From the NCBI GenBank assembly GCA_028286565.1, contig JAQBRH010000006.1:1-43177 (forward strand): 43,177 nucleotides of DNA. The letters are read 5' to 3'. Each line of letters starts with the position of its first letter. Position 1 is the first letter of the stretch. The translations under genes and the position numbers were made by a program. The notes under the pieces are model-generated. The model was given only the letters and a program-made list of their open reading frames with translations, was not told the origin of the DNA and did no database searches. This stretch comes from Parcubacteria group bacterium (lineage in GTDB: Bacteria > Patescibacteriota > Minisyncoccia > Phycocordibacterales > Zambryskibacteraceae). Shown here one piece after another: positions 16,996 to 27,209 of the stretch.

Positions 16996-17873
16996 GACCG
17001 TGGTCCGTATGAACTAATGACATTTTTGATCCCGTCTCGGAGGCTTACTTCCGGCTTCCAGCCGAGGGCTTTGATCTTTGAGATGTCGAGGTAGTTGCTG
17101 CCCATTTCGAACGGTTCGAGTTCAGCCGGGAAGGGTCGTTCTTCATAGGTTCCGCTTCCGCATTCTTCTATGATCATATCCGCCGTTTCTTTGAGGGTTG
17201 TTCCTTCTCCGGAGCCGATGTTGTATACCTCATGATGATACGGAAGGAGGGCCAGCTTTTCGAATGCCGCAACAACGTCGTCGATATGTATAAAGTCCTT
17301 CAGGTCTTTCCCAAAGCCGTTCAGATAGAACTTCTCATTTTTCATAATCTCGTCTATGAAAAAATTTATCGGATTTGTCATCCTCATATTTTCCCGGTGC
17401 GGTCCGTATACCTGCGGCAAGCGGACAGAGACCGTTTTTAAGCCGTATGCTCTGTTGTATAGATGAGCGTATGCTTCCGCGGTCATTTTATGTATCCCGT
17501 AGAGAGAGATCGGTGCCTGAGGGCCCGTTTCTCGAACAGGCAGATCTTTTTCTTCAAGCTTCGCGTATTGCGCCCTGCTTCCGATAGAAATATGAATCGC
17601 CTCAGAACCGCTCTCTTTTCTTGCCTCAAGGATATTCAAAGATCCTCTGAGGTTCACCTCAAGGTCAAGATACGGATCGAACTTTCCTCCTACCTGGACC
17701 ACCGCCGCACAATTAATGATCACGTCCTTGCCTTGAATGAGGGAATACACTTCGGCCTTATTGGTGACATCGCCTTCGATTGTTACTACGGCGCCCTGCG
17801 ACTCGAATCGAGCCCGCAGGTGAGAGCCTACATAGCCGTTCCCTCCGAAAATGATGATCTTCTTGTCTTTCAT
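16992..17873 (-). CDS. NAD-dependent epimerase/dehydratase (extended SDR)
   Basis: GGNGYVG, YGIHK catalytic motif, VYGP, DFIHIDD; start at MKDKKIII, 1 nt after the upstream TAG. Confidence 0.9.
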   Translation of the reverse strand: MKDKKIIIFGGNGYVGSHLRARFESQGAVVTIEGDVTNKAEVYSLIQGKDVIINCAAVVQVGGKFDPYLDLEVNLRGSLNILEARKESGSEAIHISIGSRAQYAKLEEKDLPVRETGPQAPISLYGIHKMTAEAYAHLYNRAYGLKTVSVRLPQVYGPHRENMRMTNPINFFIDEIMKNEKFYLNGFGKDLKDFIHIDDVVAAFEKLALLPYHHEVYNIGSGEGTTLKETADMIIEECGSGTYEERPFPAELEPFEMGSNYLDISKIKALGWKPEVSLRDGIKNVISSYGPRS

Positions 17874-17874
17874 G

Positions 17875-18771
17875 CTAATAGTGGACGAGAGTGCTGTATT
17901 TGTTCTCAAAATATCCGCCCTTTCCCTTATAATAGTCCCAATCTATCCTTTTATTGAAGACAATGAAAGGCTTGTCCCCATAATATGAGGCATAGGCTCC
18001 AAAGGTGCTATTCGAGCCCATGATGCTGTCCGCATGAGCCAATGCGTATAGGTCCTCGACTGGCGTGCCTTTTGCCACTTCGATCCGCAGCCCATCGAAT
18101 ACAGGAAGATCGACGGGGCCGTCCGAACAGATAAGAAAGATAGTTCGTTCGGTGAGACGGCCCGAAAAGGCGAGATACTCGTCGAGCATGATTCGAACGT
18201 CAGGCTGTTCAAAATAATACCGCCCTCCTTCCCAAACTTTATAATCTCCCTGGCGGATGTGCACTCCGACGATGTGATCAGAGCTTTCCTTCAGCCTTGC
18301 TATCTTCTCACTGATCCTGCGCAGAATGCCTTTCTTTGGCGTAAAGTACGAAATGATCTCCTGCCTATGCTTTTGAAGGCCGATCGGATTCCTAAAGAGC
18401 CAGCCGTTTGTATATATGGTCGAGTATTCCTTGGAGCTGAAGGGATCCGCTTCGGCCGAGGGGGGCAGATAAAGAGGGCTAGAGTTATCGGATACGATCC
18501 TCTCTTGATACAAGAACTTCATTGTTCTCACAAACCTGTCCGGAATCCCGAGCATTCGAAACCATTTGTACCGGATGAGCTTTCCAAAGAGAAGCGATCG
18601 GACAAGCGGGTTTCGCGGAAGGGGAATAGAAAAATCTTCCGCGTATCTCCAAAAGGAATAATTCTCAAGGCAGTACCCTTTTTCTAGGGAAAATGCGTAC
18701 AGGCTTATGAAATTCCACAGCTGGTTCGCGAGCCGTCCGCCGTTGTGGTCAAGAATGATTATCTTTTTCAT
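17875..18771 (-). CDS. GT11 alpha-1,2-fucosyltransferase-like protein
   Basis: GRLANQL, VGVHIRQGDY, CSD, NSTFGAYASY motifs of GT11. Confidence 0.85.
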   Translation of the reverse strand: MKKIIILDHNGGRLANQLWNFISLYAFSLEKGYCLENYSFWRYAEDFSIPLPRNPLVRSLLFGKLIRYKWFRMLGIPDRFVRTMKFLYQERIVSDNSSPLYLPPSAEADPFSSKEYSTIYTNGWLFRNPIGLQKHRQEIISYFTPKKGILRRISEKIARLKESSDHIVGVHIRQGDYKVWEGGRYYFEQPDVRIMLDEYLAFSGRLTERTIFLICSDGPVDLPVFDGLRIEVAKGTPVEDLYALAHADSIMGSNSTFGAYASYYGDKPFIVFNKRIDWDYYKGKGGYFENKYSTLVHY

Positions 18772-19758
18772 CTATCGTCCCTTGATGAGGCCGAGGAAGA
18801 ACCTTTCCGCTTTCGAACCGCCGCCCGTAGAATTTCTGATCTGGCAGAGTCGGATATATTCGGGGAGATATTCCCGGAGAGTGTGTTTCGGCTTCCATCC
18901 GAGAGCTCTGATCTTTGAGGAGTTTACCGAATAGCGGAGGTCCTGGCCGGGCCGATTCTCGACGAAGGTATAAAAGTCTTTTGGCATGCCCATAACATCG
19001 TGGATAATCTCGACCACTTCGAGGTTCGAGTGCTCCTCATTTGTAGAAATGTTGTATACCTCGCCGTCTTCTCCCTTTTCCATTACCAAAAAAATACCTT
19101 CGCAGTTGTCTTGCACCTGCATCCATTCGCGCGTGTATGAGCCGTCCCCATGGAGTATCATTTTCTGATCTTTGAGGGCAAGCTTAATGGTGCGGGGGAT
19201 AAGCTTCTCCGCGAACTGCCCGTAGCCGTAGTTGTTGCCCGAGCGGCAGATGCGATATTTGATGCCATAGCTTCTGCCCCAGCCGAATACGAGCTGATCG
19301 GCCGCGGCTTTGGTGGCCGAGTACGGGCTCGAAGGATGAAGCGCGTCGGTCTCTGCGGCGGATCCTTGCAAGAGATCGCCGTACACTTCATCGGTGGAGA
19401 TATGAATAAGAGTGGGTCGGTCCTTTTTGTCCTTTGCGCGTATGAGGTCGAGGAGGTTGTACACCCCTTGGACGTTCGATCTAAAGAACACGACGTTCGC
19501 CGCGAGGGAGTTGTCGACGTGTGATTCGGCTGCGAAGTTCACTATATATTCGATACCGGAAGGCAGACTCTTGAGGTCGGAGATATCTTCGCGAATGAAC
19601 GTATAGTTCGGATGCTTAGAGAAGCTTATGTCGTCCCTGGCGGCGTAGGTCACTTTATCCACGTTTGTGACGTTATAGCCCCTTTCCAAGGCCATTTCTA
19701 TGAAATTTGAGCCTATAAAGCCGAGGCCTCCGGTGACTAAAATTCTTTTGGTATTCAT
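18772..19758 (-). CDS. rmlB: dTDP-glucose 4,6-dehydratase
   Basis: TGGLGFIGSNF, FAAESHVDNS, HISTDEVYG, PSSPYSATKA, RPGQDLRY. Confidence 0.92.
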   Translation of the reverse strand: MNTKRILVTGGLGFIGSNFIEMALERGYNVTNVDKVTYAARDDISFSKHPNYTFIREDISDLKSLPSGIEYIVNFAAESHVDNSLAANVVFFRSNVQGVYNLLDLIRAKDKKDRPTLIHISTDEVYGDLLQGSAAETDALHPSSPYSATKAAADQLVFGWGRSYGIKYRICRSGNNYGYGQFAEKLIPRTIKLALKDQKMILHGDGSYTREWMQVQDNCEGIFLVMEKGEDGEVYNISTNEEHSNLEVVEIIHDVMGMPKDFYTFVENRPGQDLRYSVNSSKIRALGWKPKHTLREYLPEYIRLCQIRNSTGGGSKAERFFLGLIKGR

Positions 19759-19779
19759 TGATGGACCATTATAACAGGT

Positions 19780-20778
19780 TTAGGAACGGCCGGCCCCCAC
19801 CGATCCTCGTAGCAGAGTACGGATAAGTGGAACCACATCTTGACGAATTTGTTTAAACATATTCGGCCGCGGCTTAGATCCTTCTTTGAATCCGGGTCGG
19901 ATCTTTTGTATCCGTTTCATCTCCTTGAATATCTTATGAATATATTCATCATACATGAGAGTTTTTTCGGGAGCGGGAAGGGTATAGTCAAAACTCGTCG
20001 TCGGACCATTGGGAAGGATGAAGCGAGAGGGATAATAAAAGTTAAAGAGGGAAAAGTGGAAACAGATAAGCGGAGTCCCAAGAGCCATGATCGTTCCGTT
20101 CTGTTTTTTTATCGTCCCGCGATAATTCTTTACGTTCCAAGGCGCCACATCGACCCCGAGGTTTTTCGAAACCAGTATCCCTTCAAATTGTTCGGCGAAA
20201 TAATCCAAGTATTTTTGATCTCCGAGCCGGCCGGGCTCCTCTTTGTGGTAGCACCATTCGTTGCATTTCTGCCTCCACCATTCAAGGCAGGCGCGGCCAT
20301 TTGTGTCGTTCCTGAACATGATCATGCCGGCGTTATACTTGCCCACATCATTTTCTTTGGCTTGTTTTCCTCCTTGGAGCCTGTGGGGAAAAAGGATAAC
20401 CGAGTGGCCCTCGAACTCCTCATAGATCGGCTGAGGCGAGTGATAAAAATAGATATCGCTATCAAGATAAAAAAGGGTTTCTATGTTCGGATACGTTGTA
20501 AAGAGAAAATTTGCCACAGAAGGCTTCATGGTCCAGCTGTATTCGCGGAGAGTGCGGGTTTTCTTTGCCTCGAGGAGATCCGCATCCTCGATGTCCTGAA
20601 GCGAGAGGAAGCGGGTATTTGCCAGGCCAAGCTCCTTGAGGATCGAGAAGCATTTGTCATCGAGACAAAGGACCCAGAGAGTGAACCCCCCAGGGCAATG
20701 CCGCACGAGGGAGTCGTGTAGTGCGAGGCCTTTGGCCAAGAATTCAGTATCGAAGATGGTATAGAAGGTATAGGTCAT
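19780..20778 (-). CDS. GT-A fold glycosyltransferase (GT8-like / nucleotide-diphospho-sugar transferase)
   Basis: YLDSDIYFY (DxD), YNAGMI, GDQKYLD, VAPWN, FHF. Confidence 0.8.
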   Translation of the reverse strand: MTYTFYTIFDTEFLAKGLALHDSLVRHCPGGFTLWVLCLDDKCFSILKELGLANTRFLSLQDIEDADLLEAKKTRTLREYSWTMKPSVANFLFTTYPNIETLFYLDSDIYFYHSPQPIYEEFEGHSVILFPHRLQGGKQAKENDVGKYNAGMIMFRNDTNGRACLEWWRQKCNEWCYHKEEPGRLGDQKYLDYFAEQFEGILVSKNLGVDVAPWNVKNYRGTIKKQNGTIMALGTPLICFHFSLFNFYYPSRFILPNGPTTSFDYTLPAPEKTLMYDEYIHKIFKEMKRIQKIRPGFKEGSKPRPNMFKQIRQDVVPLIRTLLRGSVGAGRS

Positions 20779-21740
20779 TTCTTGGCTGCGAACAGATAGT
20801 AGTTATTTTTTAGGAGAGGGATCTTTTCATGATGCGTGATCGCGTAGTCTTCCATCCGCCCGATTATTTCTTCGGAGTAAGGAGTGGAATTTGATTTTGC
20901 CTGATGGGCCAACAGAAGCTTATCCGCTCCAAAGAACGAGAGAGATCCCACTTTGTCGATCGAGTACAAAGAAGACTCGCTGAGGGCCCAGGTGCTGAGG
21001 AACACATCGGCGTTTCGGATAGCCAGGCGCTCAAGGATGCCTTCTTCAAGCGGGACTATGTTGATCTTGCCGGGAAGAATGCTAGAGTCTTTCCCCAATA
21101 AAAGATTAACATTTTCGGCGCCTTCCACGGTCGATAAGTACAGGGACTGAATAAAGGAAAATATCGGTAAATCAATAATTATATATGTGGTGTCCGGGTT
21201 GATTTTTCGAAAGATCCTCGCGATATTGCCGTATCCTCCGCCCCACTCCACTAGGGTCTTGACCTTAAGCAGGTCTGTTTTTGTGTGCTCGATGAATTTT
21301 TCTAAATGGCACAAATGATGAATGGAGTTATGAGAGGTCCAATAGCGGAAATTAGTGAGGGTCGGGTGCCCGACGCGGTCTTCTTTTATTAAGCTTTTCA
21401 TTTCTTGCTTTCCCATAACCGATTCGAGGTAGTCAAGTTCGTTCTCCTGCTGCTCGCCGGCATAATCCATGAACATGGCCATGCGTATGACCCGATTGTT
21501 CAGAAACCCGTAGCTGAAATCTTCAAGGAAATTCCTGCTTATCTCCTGCTTGTTCTGCTCCCACATCGGAAGGATATAGTTCGTATGATCGTGCCGCTCG
21601 TTCTCATAGGTCTTAAAGAGATCCTGATGGCGTTTAAGGAGAGAATAAAACTCTTTTTTGGAAGACCAGTCGAACACATAGAGAAGCCTCGACACCGCTC
21701 GGTAGAAGTTCCTCTGGTTAAGGTGTCTGATGATTATCAT
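20775..21740 (-). CDS. Putative sugar O-methyltransferase
   Basis: VEWGGGYG, YIIIDLP, FLSTWALSE. Confidence 0.8.
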   Translation of the reverse strand: MIIIRHLNQRNFYRAVSRLLYVFDWSSKKEFYSLLKRHQDLFKTYENERHDHTNYILPMWEQNKQEISRNFLEDFSYGFLNNRVIRMAMFMDYAGEQQENELDYLESVMGKQEMKSLIKEDRVGHPTLTNFRYWTSHNSIHHLCHLEKFIEHTKTDLLKVKTLVEWGGGYGNIARIFRKINPDTTYIIIDLPIFSFIQSLYLSTVEGAENVNLLLGKDSSILPGKINIVPLEEGILERLAIRNADVFLSTWALSESSLYSIDKVGSLSFFGADKLLLAHQAKSNSTPYSEEIIGRMEDYAITHHEKIPLLKNNYYLFAAKK

Positions 21741-22528
21741 GGTCGCGGATCTTTTGATTTTTTAAAGTGATACATGCCTGTACCGAATCCGCTGGTCGGA
21801 TCATATGACTCAACGATATTCCTTCCGTATATGTATTTCTCCTCGGCAAGCTCTAGGGACGGGAATAGGCGAAGGGCGTGGTCGCGGGTGAATGCTCGGT
21901 GAGCGTTGAAGTATATCCTGCTTTCTGTATCTACCGGGAGAGATATGTACAAGTTGCCTCCCGGGGCGAGGATCCTCGAGAGCTCCTTAGCCGATTTTTC
22001 GGATCCGAACGGGTCTAAGCTGTCCCCGAACCTGCCGAGTCCGATATGCTCCACCACGCAGATCGAAGACAAAGAAGAGACCGAATTATCTGGAAAGGGC
22101 ATGGCCAGGATGTCCCCCTTAACGAAAGAGAATCCCGGCATGGAAAGGTTGACCGGGCGGATGTCGACCATGGTAGTAGGTACAAACTGAGAGACAATGC
22201 CCACAAATCCTGTTTCCGAACCGACGTCCACGTGATGGTCTGGCGATGCTTGGAATATCTTTCCGGCGCACCAGGCGTCCTGATAAAAATAAGTGGGATC
22301 AACGATGGTTTCGCTGAGGCGCTCAAAGATCATGGGCTTCAGGTTCTCCCTTCTCATGTTGAAGTCGGGGTTCTTGCCGAGTTTTTTGTACGCGGCCAGT
22401 TCCATATAAAAAGACGATAAGAGCCCTATCTTTTCAAAGATCGAATGCTTTACTGCAAGTGTGCGAAATCCCGCCAATAATTCTTGGACATAGGGAAATT
22501 GTTTGATCTTTTTTTTGAATTTAGGCAT
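21737..22528 (-). CDS. DUF268-like SAM-dependent methyltransferase
   Basis: YFYQDAW, HVDVGS, VEHIGLGRFGD, FNAHR. Confidence 0.82.
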   Translation of the reverse strand: MPKFKKKIKQFPYVQELLAGFRTLAVKHSIFEKIGLLSSFYMELAAYKKLGKNPDFNMRRENLKPMIFERLSETIVDPTYFYQDAWCAGKIFQASPDHHVDVGSETGFVGIVSQFVPTTMVDIRPVNLSMPGFSFVKGDILAMPFPDNSVSSLSSICVVEHIGLGRFGDSLDPFGSEKSAKELSRILAPGGNLYISLPVDTESRIYFNAHRAFTRDHALRLFPSLELAEEKYIYGRNIVESYDPTSGFGTGMYHFKKSKDPRP

Positions 22529-22530
22529 GG

Positions 22531-23445
22531 TTATATTTTTCTATATATCGCGGTGATGCTGTGGCCCACGATGTGCGGAGCGAGGGCGTAAGCGCCTAAG
22601 CGGAGGATCTTGTCGCCTATGAATCTAAGGCCCGGGATCCAGGCGAGGCCTCTTCTCTTAAGCTTTGTTTCGAACGACTCCATGGCCACTCTGCGGGCGA
22701 ACTGCACGTGCTGGGGCTGGAGAGATTCTGAGCGTATATCAATGAGGGCGATAGGGAAAGCTCGAGTGAGGGCGACAAGCGAGTGCGCATCCCAGATGCC
22801 CATGTGATGCGGAGGCATATTGAGGAAAATGTCTCTGCCCGTATGAAAGAGCACCGAGCCGTTGTTCGGAACGCAGATGATAAGCTTGCCGCCGGGCTTA
22901 AGGGCATCGATGGATGCTTGCATGAACGCCCCAATGTTCGCGATGTGCTCGGCGACCTGGAAGGAGCAAACGACATCGTATTCATGGGGGTTGGCTTTCG
23001 CGTGGTCCTCGATCGATTCATGGAGAATGTTGAATCCCTTGGCTTGCCCGGCCTGTACGGCGTTTTCGTTCAGCTCAAGCCCCGTGACGTTGATATTTTT
23101 CTCTTTTGCCTTGTGTAGGAATTCTCCCCGGCCGCACCCTATCTCAAGGAGGGTTTTTGCATCACCGAGGAAATTGATAGCTTCCGAATGCTCGAGCTTT
23201 GTGTCTACGTAGTACCACGGATATCTCTCAAGCTCTTCGTAAAATGCGCCGTCTCCGGCGAGAGTGAGCGGATAATAAAATCGGTATCCGGTGCTGTCTT
23301 CGTAGATACTTATCGAGTCCAAATCCTTAAAATATTTTTGGACATCAATAGCAAGCTCGTCCTTGTATCCCCGGACAATGTCTTGAACAGGAATATCTTT
23401 GATCTTTTTTGCATCTGAGCCGGTGAGGGGAGAGATGATCGTCAT
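22531..23445 (-). CDS. Class I SAM-dependent methyltransferase
   Basis: LLEIGCGRG, FQVAEH, LKPGG, NMPPHH; start at MTIISPLTG with ATGA overlap. Confidence 0.88.
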   Translation of the reverse strand: MTIISPLTGSDAKKIKDIPVQDIVRGYKDELAIDVQKYFKDLDSISIYEDSTGYRFYYPLTLAGDGAFYEELERYPWYYVDTKLEHSEAINFLGDAKTLLEIGCGRGEFLHKAKEKNINVTGLELNENAVQAGQAKGFNILHESIEDHAKANPHEYDVVCSFQVAEHIANIGAFMQASIDALKPGGKLIICVPNNGSVLFHTGRDIFLNMPPHHMGIWDAHSLVALTRAFPIALIDIRSESLQPQHVQFARRVAMESFETKLKRRGLAWIPGLRFIGDKILRLGAYALAPHIVGHSITAIYRKI

Positions 23446-25019
23446 TTCTTTATCATATAACAGACACCGTTCGGAGTCCGCTGTACTTCTTCCTGTATCC
23501 CTTGTCCCTTCCGATACTCTTCTACCGCCTTCCGGCATCCTTCCCATGTGTCATAATCATCGATGATCACCGCTCCTCCCTTGGCAACGCGAGGATAGAG
23601 GTTCTCCAAACATGTGCGCGTGGATTCGTACCAATCTCCATCGAGACGGAGGATCGCTATGGGTTCGTCGGAGGTGAAGTTCGGGAGAGTTTCGTTGAAC
23701 CAGCCCTTGATGATTCGCACATTTTTCGCTCCGGACATTCTCATGGCGTTCTCCGCGAAGGTCATTTCAGCCTTGCAGTTGTCGAAATATATCGGAGAGT
23801 TTTTGTCACTCTGCCAGGCTTTGGCCGCCTGTCCATCCACCTCTTGGGCCGGCGGCAAGCCCTCAAAGCTGTCAAAGAGGTGGTATGAACGGCCGGATCC
23901 TAAAAGTTCCGCCAGACCCGCACTCATGCCTCCTCGCCAGACACCGCATTCGACGACGGAGCCTTTGATATCCGCAAATCTCAGAGCGAGACGCAGATTT
24001 TCCACAAATATTTTCTTGGGGATCATCGTGAAGTCCGCATACTTTCTCTGAAGCCGGCCTTCCAGATCGCCCTTCGGTCCGAGCATTGTCTTGACGATGT
24101 CTTTGATTCTGCGCGGAGTGATCTTAAACATGAATGATTTCAGTTTTCTGCCGAGCTGCCTCTTTGGCTTAAAAAGATTTTTAAATGTGAAGTGGTCCGC
24201 CTCTTTGTCGGGAGATATCTCGGTAGGATGAACCAGGGGAAAGATCATGGATTCCGTCGGAATATTTGCGAACATGCTCGCGCTTGATAAGGTGTGCGTC
24301 CCGTGAGCTCCGAAGCCTATGTTCGAGATAAGGTTCACGTTGGGCATGACGCAAAGGCCTCCGCGCTCGAATATAGTATAAACCCATACATAGTCCCATG
24401 TTTTAAAGGTCCCGGTATACGATTTCTCGAAAGTGTCCATCCATACCCGCTGCTCGTCGGTCCTCGACAGGATGGTCTGGATCGTTCTCTTTTCCTTGAA
24501 GAGAGGAAAACTCTTCATATCAGGATCAACGTGCTTCCAGGCTCTTTTCCAGGTTGCCCAGCCCCAGCTGTTCGGATAGACCGAGAAATAATAGCTTGCG
24601 TTCCCTCGCTTTCTGCCGAATTGGAAATTGTCTCCGCTGATATGCATCACTCTTTCGTCATCCCTGTATTTCTCAAGCATTTCTTCGACAAAGGGGAAGA
24701 AGGTCGGGTCGGGGAGGCAATCATCTTCAAAGATCATCCCTTCTTCCACATGATCGAAAAACCAAGAGATGGCCGCCCTCATGCCTTCCATGAATCCCAT
24801 GTTCTTTTCAGGGAACATCGTTTTTACTTCACATTCCCAATCGATCTGCTTCAGCAGATCTTTGACCGCCTCGAGCTTAGGCCCGTCCTCCGGGTGAGTC
24901 TCACGCGGTCCGTCCACATACATAAAAAATCTCTTCGGTTGTACGCGGCGGATCTCATTGAAGATCTTTTGAGCGGTATCGAGCCGGGTGAAGGCCATGA
25001 GGAGAACGGGCGTGTTCAT
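23442..25019 (-). CDS. Fusion of a GT-A nucleotide-diphospho-sugar transferase and a TylF/MycF/NovP-type O-methyltransferase (525 aa)
   Basis: N-terminal TPVLL...FEDDCLP...WGWATWKRAW...WDY; C-terminal VECGVWRGG, FDSFEGLP, KGWFNETLP, LRLDGDWYEST, IIDDY; no stop between them. Confidence 0.88.
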   Translation of the reverse strand: MNTPVLLMAFTRLDTAQKIFNEIRRVQPKRFFMYVDGPRETHPEDGPKLEAVKDLLKQIDWECEVKTMFPEKNMGFMEGMRAAISWFFDHVEEGMIFEDDCLPDPTFFPFVEEMLEKYRDDERVMHISGDNFQFGRKRGNASYYFSVYPNSWGWATWKRAWKHVDPDMKSFPLFKEKRTIQTILSRTDEQRVWMDTFEKSYTGTFKTWDYVWVYTIFERGGLCVMPNVNLISNIGFGAHGTHTLSSASMFANIPTESMIFPLVHPTEISPDKEADHFTFKNLFKPKRQLGRKLKSFMFKITPRRIKDIVKTMLGPKGDLEGRLQRKYADFTMIPKKIFVENLRLALRFADIKGSVVECGVWRGGMSAGLAELLGSGRSYHLFDSFEGLPPAQEVDGQAAKAWQSDKNSPIYFDNCKAEMTFAENAMRMSGAKNVRIIKGWFNETLPNFTSDEPIAILRLDGDWYESTRTCLENLYPRVAKGGAVIIDDYDTWEGCRKAVEEYRKGQGIQEEVQRTPNGVCYMIKK

Positions 25020-25930
25020 ATGAATCTTTGTATAAAATTTTTTATTTTTTGTTTTCTTCCGATATTTCTCTGAAAGAAGCGGGAAAAAGTACGTGCATCT
25101 GCTGCTTCGTCCAATGCCGTTGTTGTGGGCTGAACCAGCGGAGAAGGGACTGCTCCGAGAGTCAGTCTCGAAAGGAATGCGTCCGGATCGCGGGTGTGGG
25201 TCGCGTCTCTGCCGACCCCGATATTTATCACCAAGTTCTCTTTGGGAGTGATCGAAAACCCTCGATGAGACCAGATCGCGTACACCCATTGATAATCCCA
25301 CGTATCCTTGCCTCGCCCTTCATAATACCGATCAAAGATCTCCAGCCAATAGGTTCGGGCCTCCCTGTTCGGAAGGATCTCCTCCAACTGCCCACTTTCT
25401 TTAAAGGCCGGGTATGAGGCCATGCGCACATCATAATGTTTCCAAGCTCTCTTCCACGTTGCCCAGCCCCAGATATGGGGATATATCGAAAAATAGTAAC
25501 TCGCGCCCATATGGCTTCCGCCTTGGAAATTATTGCCTCCGATATGCATGATCCGCTCATCATCTCTGTGTTTTCCTAAAAGCTCTTCGCAATACCTGAA
25601 GAAGGTCGGATCCGGAAGGCAGTCGTCTTCGAGGATGATGCCTTCGTCGACATTCTCAAAGAACCACGTAATGGCCCCGCTTACTCCCAGCCTGCAGCCG
25701 AGATTTTCTTCCCGAAATAATGTGTGAACCTCGCATTCCCAATCCACTTGTTTCTCAATATCTCTGACCGTCCGGACCTTTTCTGCTTCTCCGGGTTGCG
25801 TGCTTCTCGGCCCGTCCACCGCTAAAAAAAGCTTCTTTGGCCCGGCCTTCCTGATCTCATTAAAGATCTTTTGAGTAGTTTCCGGGCGATTGAATGCTAT
25901 GAGAAGAACCGGAGTAGAAAGCTCCTTCAT
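25016..25930 (-). CDS. GT-A nucleotide-diphospho-sugar transferase (paralog of the adjacent fusion's GT domain)
   Basis: TPVLLIAFNRP, ILEDDCLP, WGWATWKRAW, WDYQW, NIG; start at MKELSTP. Confidence 0.88.
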   Translation of the reverse strand: MKELSTPVLLIAFNRPETTQKIFNEIRKAGPKKLFLAVDGPRSTQPGEAEKVRTVRDIEKQVDWECEVHTLFREENLGCRLGVSGAITWFFENVDEGIILEDDCLPDPTFFRYCEELLGKHRDDERIMHIGGNNFQGGSHMGASYYFSIYPHIWGWATWKRAWKHYDVRMASYPAFKESGQLEEILPNREARTYWLEIFDRYYEGRGKDTWDYQWVYAIWSHRGFSITPKENLVINIGVGRDATHTRDPDAFLSRLTLGAVPSPLVQPTTTALDEAADARTFSRFFQRNIGRKQKIKNFIQRFI

Positions 25931-25931
25931 A

Positions 25932-27206
25932 TTATTCCTCTTTAATGCTCCAGTGCTGTTCGAGAAGGATGGGGCTGTGCTTGATGTCTGCTCCGGTGCC
26001 GTAGAAGTTCCCTTCCTGCACTTCAAAGACCCCGAGGTTCTTTATGTAATCTTGGATGGTCTCTCCGCTAAAGAGATTAGCCGAGATGTGATAGAGCCCG
26101 GGAGCGAAAGGGAATTTCTGTCTGATCTCGCAGCGGATAATCCCTTTGGCCGGCGCCGTATTCTTGTCTTCGTTCGTATATCGGGACCAGTTCAGGGAAA
26201 GCGGGGCGTTGTCCGGTCCCGTGATCGCAGAGGCGACACTGAGGTCGTGTGCTTCTCTGCCGTCCTTTGTCTCATAGCCAAAGCACAACGTATAGAGGCC
26301 TCCTGAGAAAATGTTATTCACCCGCTCTCCCTTCTCGTTCTCTACGAAGAAAGAAGAGAGCTTTATGTTGCCTTCGCCTCTCCTGTCCTTTCGCGTCTTC
26401 AGGCTTCCTTCCTGGGTAAGGGGATTCGACTCGAGATATGCGGCGATCACTTCATCTGTCTTGCCGATCATCTTGACCTTGCCGTGCTCGAGGAGGATGG
26501 TGCGCTTGCAGAGCTTCTGGATGGCGGACATGTTGTGCGAGACGAAGAGGACGGTGCGGTGCGCGGTCTGAGTGACCTCGTCCATCTTGCCCAAGCATTT
26601 CTTCTGGAACTCCGCGTCTCCGACGGCGAGCACTTCGTCGACGATGAGGATGTCCGGTTCCATATGAGCGGCGACGGAGAAGGCCAGGCGGACATACATG
26701 CCCGATGAATATCGCTTGACCGGCGTGTCGATGAACTTCTCGACGCCCGAGAACTTCACGATGTCGTCGAACTTTGAAGCGATCTCTTTTCGAGTCATGC
26801 CGAGGATGGCGCCGTTGAGAAGGATGTTCTCGCGACCGGAGAGCTCGGGATGGAACCCTGTGCCGACCTCAAGGAGGGAAGCGACCCGTCCGCGGAGAAC
26901 GACCTCTCCTTCGGTCGGAGGAGTGATCTTTGAGAGGATCTTTAAAAGCGTTGATTTGCCGGCACCGTTCGAACCGATGATGCCGATAGCTTCGCCCTTC
27001 ATCACTTCGAAATCGATGCCCTTCAAGGCCCAGAACTCTTCCTGGGTTTCTCGGCCGATCATCGACTTCGCCTTGGATTTTAAGAACCTAAAAGGATTTC
27101 TGAACGCGTTCGCGATGATATCGCGCAAAGCGATATAGCCGCCGCGCTGATGCGTGATGTTGTATTTCTTCGAAAGGCCTGTAACTGTGATGATCGGTTC
27201 GTTCAT
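25932..27206 (-). CDS. wzt: Polysaccharide ABC exporter ATP-binding subunit with C-terminal carbohydrate-binding domain
   Basis: GSNGAGKST, YSSGMYVRLAF, IVDEVLAVGDAEFQKKC, plus a ~160-aa C-terminal extension. Confidence 0.95.
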   Translation of the reverse strand: MNEPIITVTGLSKKYNITHQRGGYIALRDIIANAFRNPFRFLKSKAKSMIGRETQEEFWALKGIDFEVMKGEAIGIIGSNGAGKSTLLKILSKITPPTEGEVVLRGRVASLLEVGTGFHPELSGRENILLNGAILGMTRKEIASKFDDIVKFSGVEKFIDTPVKRYSSGMYVRLAFSVAAHMEPDILIVDEVLAVGDAEFQKKCLGKMDEVTQTAHRTVLFVSHNMSAIQKLCKRTILLEHGKVKMIGKTDEVIAAYLESNPLTQEGSLKTRKDRRGEGNIKLSSFFVENEKGERVNNIFSGGLYTLCFGYETKDGREAHDLSVASAITGPDNAPLSLNWSRYTNEDKNTAPAKGIIRCEIRQKFPFAPGLYHISANLFSGETIQDYIKNLGVFEVQEGNFYGTGADIKHSPILLEQHWSIKEE

Positions 27207-27209
27207 GGT

